Assembly: GCA_951406725.2 (NCBI GenBank)
Contig: OX597820.1
Location: 87,544,001 to 87,608,000 of the forward strand
Reading direction: 5' to 3'
DNA length: 64,000 nucleotides
From: Octopus vulgaris
Lineage: Eukaryota
The position numbers and the translations under genes are program-made. This document shows positions 1 through 12,618 of this stretch, piece after piece (the stretch's first letter is position 1; each line of letters begins with the position of its first letter). The notes beneath the pieces were generated by a model, which saw only the letters and a program-made list of their open reading frames with translations, was not told the DNA's origin and ran no database searches.

Positions 1-1496
1 CTATGGTGTAAAGGTTTGCATGTCCGAAAATGTTTTTCTGGGAGAACATTTCTTTTTTATAGCTGGCTGAACTTCTCGCTACTAATCACTGTGCCGTAAA
101 TTAAAGGTGAAACCTTTAATAATATCGTTTCTTAAGTAAATTGAAGAGGACGGAGTTATGTCCCTTGCTTAAGGTTGCAACACAATCACTATCATAAATT
201 TACGACTGTTGGAAGATGAGCAGAATTGATAGAAGGTCGGCTAAAATACTCGGCGATGTTTAGTTACGTGCTTTTATAACGTAGGTTCAAATTATACCCA
301 GATCATATTTGTCTTCTATCTTACTGGGACCAATAAAATATGTCGACTAGTTAAGTATTAAGATCAATTTAATGAATGTTAACTTTGAAAGCATTGCCCC
401 ATCTTGACCACAGTCGAAGTCTGGAGTAGAATATAATATAATAATAAAATGTAATTGCCACACCCTGAGTTACAATCTTCAGGCAATTTTCCTGGTTTCT
501 TCTCAAGTAACATAGTTGAGGTAATAAGAAAAAAATTAAATGAGAAAAACATTCTCAAAAACATAAATATATAAAACAATGGAAAGTATTGAAATGTATT
601 TCGTTTGGAAGTTAGTGGGACAGAGACAGTCTATGCTAAAACTCGTGAAATATCTATTATGATTGGTAAAAGAATTCTATGGTCGTGTATAGTTCTAGCA
701 GCATTCATTTACCCCTGGCATACCATCCACGAGACATATAATTAAAGCTTTTCTCCACATACATTCACACATACATACATGCACATTCATGCATACACAC
801 TCATACACAAAAGCAAGCACGCACACACACACACACACGCACACACACACATACACACACACGCACACACACATATACACACACACATACATACACACAG
901 CTCATTTATTATTTGTCATGGATAAATTAAAAGAGAATAGCTGGCAGCATCAATCATAGAACGTAGTTATTGCTAATGAGAATGTGATGAGAAAACAAGA
1001 AAATATACATATCTATGTGTGTGTGTGTGTTTGTTAATGAGCCCGTTGTAAGGCAAATTTTAATAAGGGTTTTGATGGAAGATAATTAAATTCTTTACCA
1101 ACAGAATCATGAAGTTTTAGGAATACAGAATGGCAGAAAATAATATTATATAAAATATCATACAATAACATATGACATCATAATACAGCAAACATTAGCA
1201 TGCCGTAACATATGATACCAGATCATAACAACATATTATACCATACTATAGCATATAATACTATACTATACCATTGTCTATCATACCATAACATCACCAC
1301 CATCCATCCATTTGAGTGATTTGTCCAGACTACTCTTCTACACCAGATGTCCCAACTAAACGATGCAACATAAACATCTGGCCTTTGTTTTAATTACATT
1401 CATCTTATGCTAGCTTATATATCTCATCTGTTTTTATCTCAAATAGATAGTCACAATAGTTCACTAACTCACCTGTGTGACCCTGGCTGTTGACTG

Positions 1497-2147
1497 TGTA
1501 GCATAGCTAGGTGATATCCTCACTGTTTGAGAGATATATTAGAAATGATCTTGTGTAATATAACGACCATCTTCGGCTATTTTGACCGTGTTGTGTCCAC
1601 TGCTCTGATTAGTTGGCATTGGTGCAGTTTGTCTCTTGACTTATTTCGCACCAGTGTGTAAGCCAACCAATCACGGCCTTCAGATAAGGTCCCATGACAC
1701 AGTCCTTTTGGGGTATCACTGGAGCCCACCTCAGGTTATAAAAGGCGCCAGCAAATCACTATTTCTCGTCTTAGGTTCCAGTCCTTCTCAGGGTTAACCT
1801 CTGACCACAGAGCGACTCAACCATGTTCCAGTAACACTGGTCAGAGGTTAGTCCTGAAAAGGACTGGAACCTAAGACAAGAAATAGTGATTTACTGGTGC
1901 CTTTTATAACCTGAGGTGGGCTCCAGTGAAACCCCAAAAGACTGTGTCATGGGGCCTTATCCGAAGGCCGTGATTGGTTGGCTTACACACTGGCGCGAAA
2001 TAAGTCAAGAGACAAACTGTGCCAATGCCAACCAATCAGAGCAGTGGACACAACAGGGTTAAAATAGCCAAAGATGGTTGCTATCTAGCACGAGGTCATT
2101 TCTAATATATCTCTCAAACAGTGAGGATATCACCTAGCTACGCTACA
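1497..2147. mobile_element. Foldback/MITE-like element: two ~311-bp inverted arms (1497-1807, 1838-2147) around a 30-nt spacer, TGT...ACA termini
   Basis: Starts TGTAGCATAGCTAGGTGATATCC and ends GGATATCACCTAGCTACGCTACA. Arms align along their length with mostly transition mismatches. No TSD found. TGT/ACA ends resemble Ginger-type transposons or LTR ends; family unresolved. Confidence 0.85.
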
Positions 2148-2234
2148 ACCATTTATTGACTGTTTTGTTTACCAAGCATCAAGTGCTATTCACCATTGAT
2201 TCAGTAAGATCATCTTCTGAAATAATTCATGTCC

Positions 2235-2445
2235 ACCTACTGCATCCCATGATTTCAGTATATCCTGGATCAGATGGTTACATCTTATTTAACCCAGAAC
2301 TAGGACCCTGACAAGTGCTGCTACTCCAGTTCAGATTAGACCCAATAAAAATAGTGGCTAAGAGGTTTTCCATACTCCTTAAAACCCTGGAATTCCTGAT
2401 CCAAGACCCCACTATTGTATGCATTTAAAATCATACCCAAGATAA
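2235..2445 (-). repeat. Old SINE-like interspersed repeat; uninterrupted paralog of 39141-39570
   Basis: Colinear similarity to 39141-39199 plus 39421-39570 (GACCCTGACA.GTGCT..., AAACCCTGGAA, TTTAAAATCATACCCAAG). Confidence 0.65.
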
Positions 2446-2976
2446 TAACTTAACATAATATAGCATAATGTAGTATAACATGATATCATTCTGTAGTATG
2501 CCATGGCATAACATACACAAAATTCTATTTGCGTGTACTGCAATAGAGTAAACTAACATAATCTATAAAATGAGAGATAGATAGACATCTTAGCAAGAAG
2601 ATTCTTATGTCAGACATGGTCAAAACGACATTACTCTTGCTGGACTTCTCAACAGTGAAAGACTATTATTAAGTGACATAAGAGTGCAGGTCCTTTGTAA
2701 GTGTGGCTTGAGAAAAGCTATAGAGATGGTCATGGAGGAAGCAAAGAGACTTGTTATTTCAAAGGAGTTGGTTATTAATGACAATCACGTGTGTATTAGT
2801 TTTAGAATAGGTACATCATGTCCTTATGTGCTGTAAGAGGTAGCTAAAAGGGTTGGTGACAGGAAGAGTACCTATCCATAGAATACTACCTCGGCAAGCC
2901 TGTCCAAACCAATTCAGTATAGAAAATCAGATGTAAAACTGATGATGTTGACAATGGTAGTGATGACAATATTTCC

Positions 2977-3210
2977 TTATTTCTTTATTGCTCACAAGGG
3001 GCTAAACATAGAGGGGACAAACAAGGACAGACAAACGGATTAAGTCAATCATATTGACTCCAGTACGTAACTGGTACTTAATTTATTGACCCCGAAAGGA
3101 TGAAAGGCAAAGCCAACCTCGGCAGAATTTGAACTCAGAATGTAAAGACAGATGAAATACTGCTAAGCATTTCACCCAGCGTGCTAACATTTCTGCCAGC
3201 TCACCGCCTT
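2977..3210 (-). mobile_element. Full-length tRNA-derived SINE (family A) with 14-bp TSD
   Basis: Minus-strand head AAGGCGGTGAGCTGGCAGAA...GAGTTCAAAT (A/B boxes), central GCCTTTCATCCTTTCGGGGTC.ATAAATTAAGTACCAG domain (Meta/MESC-like from memory). TSD ATGACAATATTTCC at 2963-2976 and 3211-3224. Confidence 0.92.
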
Positions 3211-3399
3211 ATGACAATATTTCCATCATCTGAAAGGTGATGGAAGTGAGAGTGATCGGTTGAAAGTCAATAAGGTGAGTGCGAAAGATTTAGGCTCGAG
3301 TTTGGTTCCTCACTGGTATGGCAGCCAGGTTGATGCTGAGAAGTATAATGGTTGAAAGATAGGCTTCTAATGGGTATAGATTTAGAGGCTTTTAATGGG

Positions 3400-3770
3400 T
3401 GTAGCAAACACGGTCATTAGATTTATATGAAATGCATCAGGTTATCAATGCTTCAGAGATGTGGTTCCTTAGAAAAATGCTAAAGCTGTATTATGCAGAT
3501 AGAGCAATAAATGTCAAGTTACTTAGATAAGCAAAGACTACCAGAAATTTGAACAACATCAGGAGACAAGAAGTTTAGTACATTGAACACTATATGAGAA
3601 AAGGTCTCAAGCACTTGGTGACAGCCATGAAACTGAAAGGAAGAAACTGAAGAAGACAGAAAGAGGAGACACTCAATGGTTATATCAGTTGGTTTTAGAA
3701 AGGGCAACCCAAGAACAAGAAGGGTGAAGGGATCCATGACTGTTGATGCCAGTAGATATGGCACATGAAA
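3400..3770 (+). pseudogene. Decayed C-terminal fragment of an RTE-type LINE ORF (different family)
   Basis: Reads INASEMWFLRKMLK from about 3444, resembling the RTE AFEMWxxRRML motif; downstream frames are broken. Confidence 0.4.
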
Positions 3771-4107
3771 ATGTGAAATGTAAAAGGCTTTGTTGTACTG
3801 TAATGTGAATGCAGTACATGTGTACTCCATCCATGTTACATGGAGAAGGGTACACAAATAAAGAAGTTTAATGCAAAGCAGTGGAGTGGATGATGTTGTG
3901 GTTCAGACAGGAGTCAACTCTGATCCAGCAGACTTATGATCAAAGAAGTGTTCCAGCCATAACAATGCCATGATTTTTTTTTTCAAAACTTGTCCTTTGT
4001 TCTTACGAGAATAGGATGTCATATGAGAGAGATTTTGCTGCTATTTCTAGTACATTAAACAATACAGCTTCCCTGCACTGGATCAACTGGAATTATTCTT
4101 TGCAATA

Positions 4108-4304
4108 ATGGAATTGATGATGGTGATGATGAGGATGAGGGTGGTGTTGGTGGTGGTGGCAGTGGCGGCGGTGATGGCGAGGAGGAGGAGGAGAAGGAGA
4201 AGGAGAAGGAAGAAGAGGAGGAAGATGATGACGATGATGATGATAATGACGACGACGACGACGACGATGATGATGATGATGATGATGACAATGACGATGA
4301 CGAC

Positions 4305-4348
<44 letters not shown>

Positions 4349-4390
4349 GGAGGAGGAGGAGGAGGAGGAGGAGGAGGAGGAGGAGGAGGA
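4108..4390. repeat. Compound trinucleotide microsatellite (GAT/GAC/GGT/GAG)n
   Basis: Directly visible runs of GAT, GAC and GAG triplets. Confidence 0.95.
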
Positions 4391-5200
4391 GTTTGATTAA
4401 TATCCCCCATTTTTTGTCAATGAAATATAGAACATCAAGATTGACTGAAAGTTTTTTTTATTGATTTCTGATTCTTGATTATTGATGACTAAACACAATC
4501 AATCCTCATCTGTCCGTTTAAAATGTGGACTATATTTTATATATATATTGTATTATACACAGTTGACATGTGTTGGCAACCATCTCCCTTCCACACTCAC
4601 TCTATGATATTACCTATCAACCACACACACACACATCATTGAGGAGGGAACATTTAACCTTTCACTGTCCCCTACTGTGTGTGGTCTGTGTGTGTGTGTG
4701 CATGTGTGCATGAGTGTATGTGTTTTGTGTGATTGTGTGTGTGCTTGTGTGAGTGTGTTTTGTGTATGTGCTTGTGCATGTGTATGTGCCTTTGTGTGTG
4801 TAGGTGTAAGTGTTGTATGTCTGTGGTGCCTGTTTGAAAGCTAATGAAAAGGTGAAAGAGAGAGAGAGAGAGAGCAGAGAGAAAGCAGAGGTATAAAAAA
4901 AGAAGAAAGTTATTGTTGTTGTCTAGCCATGACCATCCCATCTTTATGTTAATTCAGTTCATGTGAATCCTTCTGGAAAATGAAGGTAGAGACTGCTACC
5001 TATTTTACTTAAACTTGAACCATTACAACTATATTTGTTGTCAACAAAAACAGTTGTTGTTATTGTTGTTGTTGTTGTTGTTGACGCTGTTTAGCTCCAG
5101 GTAAGATTTGACAAAGCAGAACCATGATCAAAGACATTCCAACTCTGACCATCCCATCCCATCCCATCATCTTTTTTATTATTATTTAATCAGATATTAT

Positions 5201-5403
5201 GGTAGTGAGTTGGCAGAATCATTAGCATGCTGGGCAAAATAACTTAGCATCATTACATTCTGAGCTCAAATTCTACCAAGGTCGAATTTGTCTTTTCATC
5301 ATTTCAGGGTCGATAAAATAAGTACCAGTGGAACACTGGGGTCGATGTAATCAACTTAACCCCTCCCTTGAAATTGCTGGCCTTGTGTCAATATTCGAAA
5401 CTA
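5201..5403 (+). mobile_element. SINE family A-related copy (diverged)
   Basis: GGTAGTGAGTTGGCAGAATC...GAGCTCAAAT head and CAGGGTCGATAAAATAAGTACCAG core. Confidence 0.8.
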
Positions 5404-5672
5404 TTGTTTACTCAGACATTTTGTGTCTAGGCCTACATTACCTTATTTTTCTATAAAACAGGATCTGAGGATGAGTTGGTTTCTGTTTTTAACTGAGATC
5501 TAAGCATAGCTCCCTTCAATGGCTTGTTGTTATTGTTGCTGTTGTTGTTACTGATGCTGCTGATGGGTAACTCCATTCAAGCTCTGCTTGGCATGTAGAT
5601 CAGTGATATGAGGGCTACTGATCAAATGCAAGGAATCCCTACATCTAAAGCTCCTAATATATGTAGGAATAT

Positions 5673-6026
5673 AAGAAGGGCAAGAAGGCTAAAGACCCTG
5701 TTCAGTCATGACTGACCATGGGATTGCACCTATAAAGTTCCCCTCCAAGGAACAAGTCTGAGCAAGGTTGTTTTATAGAAGACCAGCAGTCAACCATGCA
5801 TACCAGCCTCCTCTCTCCATGCCACTGATGTTATCCAAGGCAATGGCAAAGGCCAATACAGCTTGGTACTAGTGATGCCACAACTCCTTTCTAAACCTGA
5901 ATGAACTGGAGCAATGTGAAATAAAGTGTCTTGCTCAAGAACACAACACACATCCCAGTCCGGGAATCGAACTCACTATCTCATGATTATAAGCCCTACA
6001 CTCTAACCACTGAGCCATGCACCTTC
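5673..6026 (-). mobile_element. tRNA-derived CORE-type SINE (family C) with 14-bp TSD
   Basis: Minus-strand head TGGCTCAGTGGTTAGAG...GAGTTCGATTCCCGG followed by TTCTTGAGCAAGACACTT (CORE-like). TSD ATATGTAGGAATAT at 5659-5672 and 6027-6040. A 5' fragment of a related SINE follows on + at about 6053-6177. Confidence 0.88.
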
Positions 6027-6177
6027 ATATGTAGGAATATGTACATGCCATTAAGGCACATTGCCTAGTAGGGTAGGGTGTTTAGTTCATGATCACAAGG
6101 TCATGAGTTCAATTCCTGGACCTGGCAGCACATTGTATTCTTGAACAAGGTACTTCATGTCACACTGTTCCAGTTCT

Positions 6178-6470
6178 ATCCATTCATCCATCTTCTCTGC
6201 CCACTATTCTTGGGATGGTCATAGGAGTAGAGTACTTCAGGTACCCACCCCTATAAGATCCTATCAGAAGCAGCCATCATTACATTTTCCAGTTGGATTA
6301 CCAAGCAAGACTAACTGAGTCTATGGATATTATCCAGCCATCTTGTTCATGGTCTACCCCAAGGTTTCCTGCAAATTGGCTTGGCTTGAAGAATCTGTCT
6401 TGTAATTCTTTCCTGCAACAATCTAACCACATGTCCATAGTACTAGAGCTGTGACCTCGCAATGCAAGGA
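6178..6470 (-). pseudogene. 3' fragment of an RTE/Expander-like LINE
   Basis: Minus-strand translation YYGHVVRLLQERITRQILQAKP...GRP*TRWLDNI (RTE C-terminal motifs), ending in a GGATGAATGGAT-type tail near 6180. Confidence 0.6.
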
Positions 6471-6884
6471 AGTAGCAACTCAACATGGAGAGAGAGAGAG
6501 AGAGAGATTCTCTGAGCTATGCCCCTTGTATAGTAACATCATCCCAGAGATCCTTCTGAGGAACCCCATTTTAGCTCCATTCTCCTCAGCTGGAAATAGG
6601 TACCAGCCGAGAGATGGTACATTCTTATCCCTTCACTTGTCATATTCTGAATGTGCAATTGAGTCATGGGTTAAGGGGTCAAGTGTATGTGTCTATGTCT
6701 GCTCTGCACATGGACTTCATAGGAATCAAAAACAATTAACAAAGGCATGTTACATACCACCAAGCCATACTTTGCTGTGAGTGACAGATGGCTGTACTTT
6801 AATGTACAATATGCGTATACTTGTTGGCCTGGGGAAAAACAACAACGATAACACATTTGATGAGTGTTTTAACCATGTCAAACT

Positions 6885-6966
6885 GTAGTAGTAGTAGTAG
6901 TAGTGGTTGTGGTGGTGGCGGTGGTGGTGGTGGAGGCAGCGGCGGCAGCAGCAGCAGCAGCGGTAA

Positions 6967-7025
<59 letters not shown>

Positions 7026-7078
7026 AAACTGGGAGTAGTGGTGGTCGTCGTCGTCGTCGTCATCGTCATCATCATCAT
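6885..7078. repeat. Compound trinucleotide microsatellite (TAG/GGT/GCA/CGT/CAT)n
   Basis: Directly visible. Confidence 0.95.
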
Positions 7079-7664
7079 TTACCCACTGCTCAGCTCTAGT
7101 TCAAGCAAAACTTTCATCAAAAGCTTCCCATCCATGATCATACCAGCTTTTTGCATATCAAAGATTACATTGTCCAAAGTATCCTTTATTTCAGACAGTG
7201 TTGTGTGATTTGAAGGAGATTTGGTTACTATTTTTAGACGTTCAAGAGACGACACAGAAGTTCCCTTGTCGGCTTACATATACAATTGTTCCTTAGTGTT
7301 GAAAAAGTGGTTGCGTAACTAAAGACCTAAAAATACATCAAAAGTCTGAGGAATTTTTCTGGTATTTTATGAGCTTTTATTCATTTGTAGCTTTAGTTAC
7401 ATTTGAGCTTCTTCAAAAATAATAAACTTTCCAATCCTTTGAACAAACCAAAACATACAAACATAGATATATACATTCAAACATACATACATATATATAT
7501 ATACATACATACACAAATAAAGAAATATCTATCTATCTATCTATCTACTTAACTAGACTTACATTTCTTCTTTCTTCCTCATAAGGATAAATATGAATAC
7601 TTGAAATTCTACTTTGCTATTTCCTTTATTAAGTCCTTTATATATAAAAAAAAATTGCTTATAC

Positions 7665-7790
7665 TTCTTGCACTGAAGAGAACAGTGATATATAATTAAT
7701 TTAATTCAATTTAATTAATTTAATTATTTCTATTCAACCATGAATTTGTATGATTTTATTATTGTTGTTCGGAACAATCGTCTGCATGAA
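7665..7790 (+). ncRNA. Type I hammerhead ribozyme-like motif with elongated stem II and one core substitution
   Basis: Stem I TTCTTGCA(7665-7672)/TGCATGAA(7783-7790); core CTGAAGA 7673-7679; stem II GAACA.../...TGTTC; GGAA in place of GAAA at 7771-7774; short stem III AC-AATC-GT; GTC cleavage triplet at 7780-7782. Confidence 0.6.
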
Positions 7791-7893
7791 TTAAAATTCT
7801 CTTACATTTTAATATCTTCTCTTCTCCATTTTTAACAAATTTGTTGAGTTTCATGGAATTCCTTTCCATAAATTCACATAACACACCATATAC

Positions 7894-7927
<34 letters not shown>

Positions 7928-7953
7928 CATCATCATCATTTAGCGTCCGCTTT

Positions 7954-8011
<58 letters not shown>

Positions 8012-8014
8012 CTA

Positions 8015-8158
8015 TGGTGTTAGGAAGGGCATCCAGCTGTAGAAACACTGCCAGATCTGACTGGCCTGGTGCAGCCTTCGGGCTCCCCAGACCCCAGTTG
8101 AACCGTCCAACCCATGCTAGCATGCAAAGCGGACGTTAAATGATGATGATGATGATGA
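8015..8158 (+). mobile_element. Heavily 5'-truncated RTE LINE 3' end with (TGA)n tail, inside (TA)n
   Basis: TTAGGAAGGGCATCCAGCTGTAGAAAC...GGACGTTAAATGATGATG matches the 3' end of the element at 9187-12622. A ~30-bp minus-strand stub of the same end lies at about 7926-7957. Confidence 0.9.
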
Positions 8159-8192
8159 TATATATATATATATATATCATATATATATATAT

Positions 8193-8250
<58 letters not shown>

Positions 8251-8253
<3 letters not shown>

Positions 8254-9180
8254 AGAATTCACAAAAAAACAAAAGACAAAGACAGGTGGTGTAGACAACC
8301 AACAGATGTATTAGTATAACGCTCGGGAAGTGAAAAAGTCTTAACGTTTTGAGCCTATGCTCTTCCACAGAAAGAAACAAGGAGAGAAAATAAAGAATGT
8401 ATAGCGGCTAGCGATCTATCATGGCAAATGCCAGACAGAAGGTTCGCACAGGAGTGCTAGGAAGAAGGGGAGGTAATAAAGTAGTGGTGATCCCAAATTG
8501 AAGGTACACGTGCATGTGTATAAGAGAGTTCTCTTATACACAAAGGCAAAATTGTTTTCTGAAATTACGGATGCAAAAGTAAAAAAATGTGGTAGACCGA
8601 ACTGTGCAACATGTCCAAACCTACTAGAAGGATCAGAATTCCTCTTCAAAGAGGGACAGAAATTCAAGATCAAATCTAATTTTACTTGTGCCTCTGAAAA
8701 CAACTACTACCACAATTTTTAATCTTTCCATTTTACCAATGTGCTATCGGAACACCAACACAAATTAGACTAAACAAGGAAACATTCTTCATTGAAAAAT
8801 ACAAGCCCAAACTTAACCATTCCAACATTCTTATACAGAGAAACTCACTCCAAAAGAAAAGCAAGAAATATTAAACGATTATCTCCCTTACACCGGAAGA
8901 AATCACTTATTACCTCTCCTTATCTGGAACTCTCTTTCACTCTCCTTCACAATTCTCAACGTAAACATAACGATGTAAGAAATTTGAAAAGCTGAACGCG
9001 AAACCGGTCTTTCTTCAAAAACTATGTCATTGTATGAAAAAAATCTATAACATTCTTCAGACATAATGACTCAAATATATATTTTTTAACCTTCTAAAAC
9101 AAGCCTTCTGTAGTTTTTTCACTTTTTACTATTTTCTATATATTACACCACGTGCTTTCACATACCAACTTTCTCACCTA
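8251..9180 (+). mobile_element. Penelope-like element (PLE) remnant: internally deleted GIY-YIG endonuclease region plus terminal segments
   Basis: KKCGRPNCATCPN...FTCASEN (Cys linker preceding the PLE GIY-YIG, ORF 8498-8722) is joined to the GIY-YIG C-terminus QFLIFPFYQC...RLNKETFFIEKYKPKLN (about 8710-8820). Degenerate hammerhead cores at 8338-8374 (-) and 8977-9015 (+). Confidence 0.75.
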
Positions 9181-9186
9181 TATATA

Positions 9187-12100
9187 TCATAATCATCATC
9201 ATCATCATCATCGTTTAACGTCCGTTTTCCATGCTAGCATGGGTTGGACAGTTCAACTGGGGTCTGGGAAGCCAGAAGGCTGTGCCAGGCCCAGTCTGAT
9301 ATGGCAGTGTTTCTACAGCTGGATGCCCTTCCTAACGCCAACCACTCCGTGAGTGTAGTGGGTGCTTTTTACGTGCCACCTGCACAGGTGCCAGACGAGG
9401 CTGGCAAACGGTCACGATCGGATGGTGCTTTTTACATGCCACCGGCACAGGGCCAGGTGAGGCTGGCAACGGCCACAAGTGGATGGTGCATTTTACGTGC
9501 CACTGGCACGGAGGCCAGTCAGGGCGGCGCTGGCAACGGCCACGTTCGGATGGTTCTCTTGCGTGCCATCGGCACTGATATCTCAGCTACAATTTCCATT
9601 GATGTTGATTGATTTCGATTTTGATTTTCATTTTCATTTTCACTTGCCTCAACAGGTCTTCACAAGTAGGGTTTGTGTCCCAGGTAGGAGCTATGGGTTA
9701 TGGTCTCACTTGTCCTGCCGGGTCTTCCCACACACAGCATACTTCCAAAGGTCTCGGTCTCTGGTCATTTCCTCGGTGAGACCTAATGTTCGAAGGTTGT
9801 GCTTCAACACCTCGTCCCAGGTTTTCCTGGGTCTGCCTCTTCCACAGGTTCCCTCAACAACTAGGGTATAGCACTTTTTCACACAACTATCTTCATCTTT
9901 TCTCGCCACATGACCATACCAGTGCAAACGTCTCTCTTGCACACCACAACTGATGCTTCTTAGGTCCAACTTTTCTCTCAAGGTACTTACACTCTGTCGA
10001 TTATGAACACTGACATTACACATCCATCAGAGCATACTGGCTTCATTTCTTGCGAGCTTACGCATATCCTCAGCAGTCACAGCCCATGTTTCACTACCAT
10101 GTAGCATGGCTGTTCGTACACATGCATCATACAGTCTGCCTTTTACTCTGAGCGAGAGGCCTTTTGTCACCAGCAGGGGTAAGAGCTCTCTGAACTTTGC
10201 CCAGGCTATTCTTATTCTAGCAGTTACACTTTCAGCACACCCACCCTCGCTACTGACTTGGTCACCTAGGTAGCGGAAGCTATCAACTACTTCTAGTTTT
10301 TCTTCCTGGAATGTGGTAGAAGTTGGTCTCTGCACATTTTCAGTGTTTATTGCCCCTGAGCATCTGCCACAGACAAAAACTATTTTCCTAGTTAGCCTTC
10401 CTTTAACATTGCTGCACCTCTTATGTGTCCATAGCTTACACTTGGTGCACCTTATAGAGTTTCTACCTACACCTTTTTTACAGATCGATCAGGGCCATCT
10501 ACCTGAAGGCGTTTGTGATTGGTCTACCTTCCTACTTATTTGGACTTTGGTTTTGGCTAGGTTGATTCTAAGGATCTTCGATTCTAATCCTTGCTTCCAC
10601 ACCTGAAACTTCTCCTTCAGTTCTGATAGTGACTCAGCAATTAGAGCAAGGTCATCAGCATAGAGGAGCTCCCAAGGGCATCCTGTCTTGAATTCCTCCG
10701 TTATTGCTTGGAGGACTATGATAAATAGGAGGGGACTGAGGACTGAACCTTTGTTGACCCCAACCTCTACCCGGAATTTTTCACTGTACTCGTTGCCAAC
10801 CCTCACCTTACCAGCAGAGTCTCTGTACATGGCTCGCACAGCTCTCACTAACCATTCATCTATCCCTAGTTTCCTCATTGACCACCAGATAAGGGATTGG
10901 GGGACCCTGTCGAAGGCTTTCTCCATGTCAACAAAAGCAAGGTTCTGGGGCTTATCTTTGGCTAGGTATTTCTCCTGCAGCTGTCTTACCAGGAATATAG
11001 CATCAGTAGTACTTTTCCCTGGCACGAACCCAAACTGCATATCATCTAAGCTAACTCTCTCTCTAATTAGTTGGGCTATAACCCTCTCCGTAACCTTCAT
11101 TACCTGATCCAGCAGCTTGATACCCCTGTAGTTATTTGTATCTAGGACGTCACCTTTACCTTTGTAGCAGTTGACTATTATGCTACAACACCAGTCATTG
11201 GGTATGACTCCTTCATGTAACACCTGCATAACTATACGGGTGACTAGGCTATAGCCTACACTACCAGATATTTTGAGCATCTCTGCAGTAATTCCTGATG
11301 GGCCTGGGGCTTTCCCTGTTTTCATGCTTGTAATTGCTTTACTACTAAGGAACTGTCAACTCGGATTGCTGGTCCCTCTGTTGGGTCGACATTCATTTTC
11401 CTCATTCAGCAACCTTTCATAGCGGCGTCTCCAAACCTCTCTCATTGCATCCTCATTTAGCGCAAGTGAACCGTCATCCTTGCGAACACATTTCTCTCCT
11501 ACCACGTCATGATTCTCTCTCACACACTGTCTTGCAACACGAAATACCTCAAGTCTTTCATCCTCACGGCGCAGAACATTGGCAAATTTTTTCTTATCTG
11601 CTTCCCCTCTGGCTAAATACACCTGCCTCCTAGCTTCCCTTCTGGCAGTCTGATACACTTCCCTGCTAACACCATTCTTCCAGTCCTTCCAAGCCTGTTT
11701 CTTTCGTCTAATAGCCCTGTCAACAATATTGTTCCACCACCACGTTATTTTGGGTCTTGAGGGGACTTTGCACCAGCCACAGATCTGGTCAGTGGCTTTC
11801 AGCAGGTTGTCCCTTAGAAGCGTCCAGTTGTCTTCTACCCCATGTGTAGCTATATCCCCTTCTATTTCATCAAAGGCTTCAAGTAACATGTCTCTAAATC
11901 TCTGTCCATTCGCAGGATCTTTAAGCTTCAAGACCCTTCTTCTCCATGTTGGTCGTCTTCTAGTCGTCCTCTTAGTCCTGATCCTAAAGTCACTAACTAC
12001 CAGTCTATGTTGTGGGGTACATTCTTTGCCTGGGAAGGTTTTGGCATTTATAAGCAGTCATCTTTCCCTTTTTCTGGCAAGGATGTAGTCGATTTGGCTA

Positions 12101-12618
12101 GTATGCCGGTCCAATCGGTAGGTGACCAGGTGGCTTGTCGGTTTCCTGAAGTTAGTGTTGCAAACCATAAGACTATTCGCATTGCAGAACTCCAGCATCC
12201 TGGTTCCCTCCTCGTTGCGGGAACCATAACCGTAGCCTCCATGTACGCCATGGAAGCCCCCAGCATGTCGTCCAACATGCTTATTGAAGTCACCAGCCAC
12301 AAAGAGAAGGTCCCTGACGTTCGTCAATGAGGTGGTCTGCACTAGGGTGTCATAGAAACGGTCTTTCTGTCCATCGGGTACCCCTGGCTGAGGGGCATAG
12401 GCCGATATAATGGTTGCTAAACTATGATGAAGCACTAATCTAATCTTAAGTATTCTGTCGCATACTCTGACTACCTCGATTACCTTATCTACCCATTTTT
12501 CGGCGATAAGTATACCCACACCTCCGACCCCGTCAGTATTCCCAGCCCAGAAAATCATGTACCTCTGTCCTTTGCCTGTGAGGGACCCAGCAGAACCTCC
12601 TCTCCACCTCACTTCTTG

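Noticed and set aside
4055-4464. Poly-His/Pro/Met/Arg ORFs
   Set aside because: Trinucleotide repeat artefacts.
5673-6177. tRNA-like A/B boxes on both strands
   Set aside because: They continue into CORE-like bodies and one has a TSD, so they are SINE heads rather than tRNA genes.
9364-9580. RTE 3' UTR units as HDV-like or hammerhead ribozymes
   Set aside because: No hammerhead core and no nested double pseudoknot could be assembled by eye; RTE HDV-like ribozymes are expected at the 5' end, which is missing here.
10313-12330. Plus-strand ORFs overlapping the LINE (10313-10606, 10688-11107, 11729-12088, 12007-12330)
   Set aside because: Antisense shadow frames of the RTE ORF with no independent motifs.
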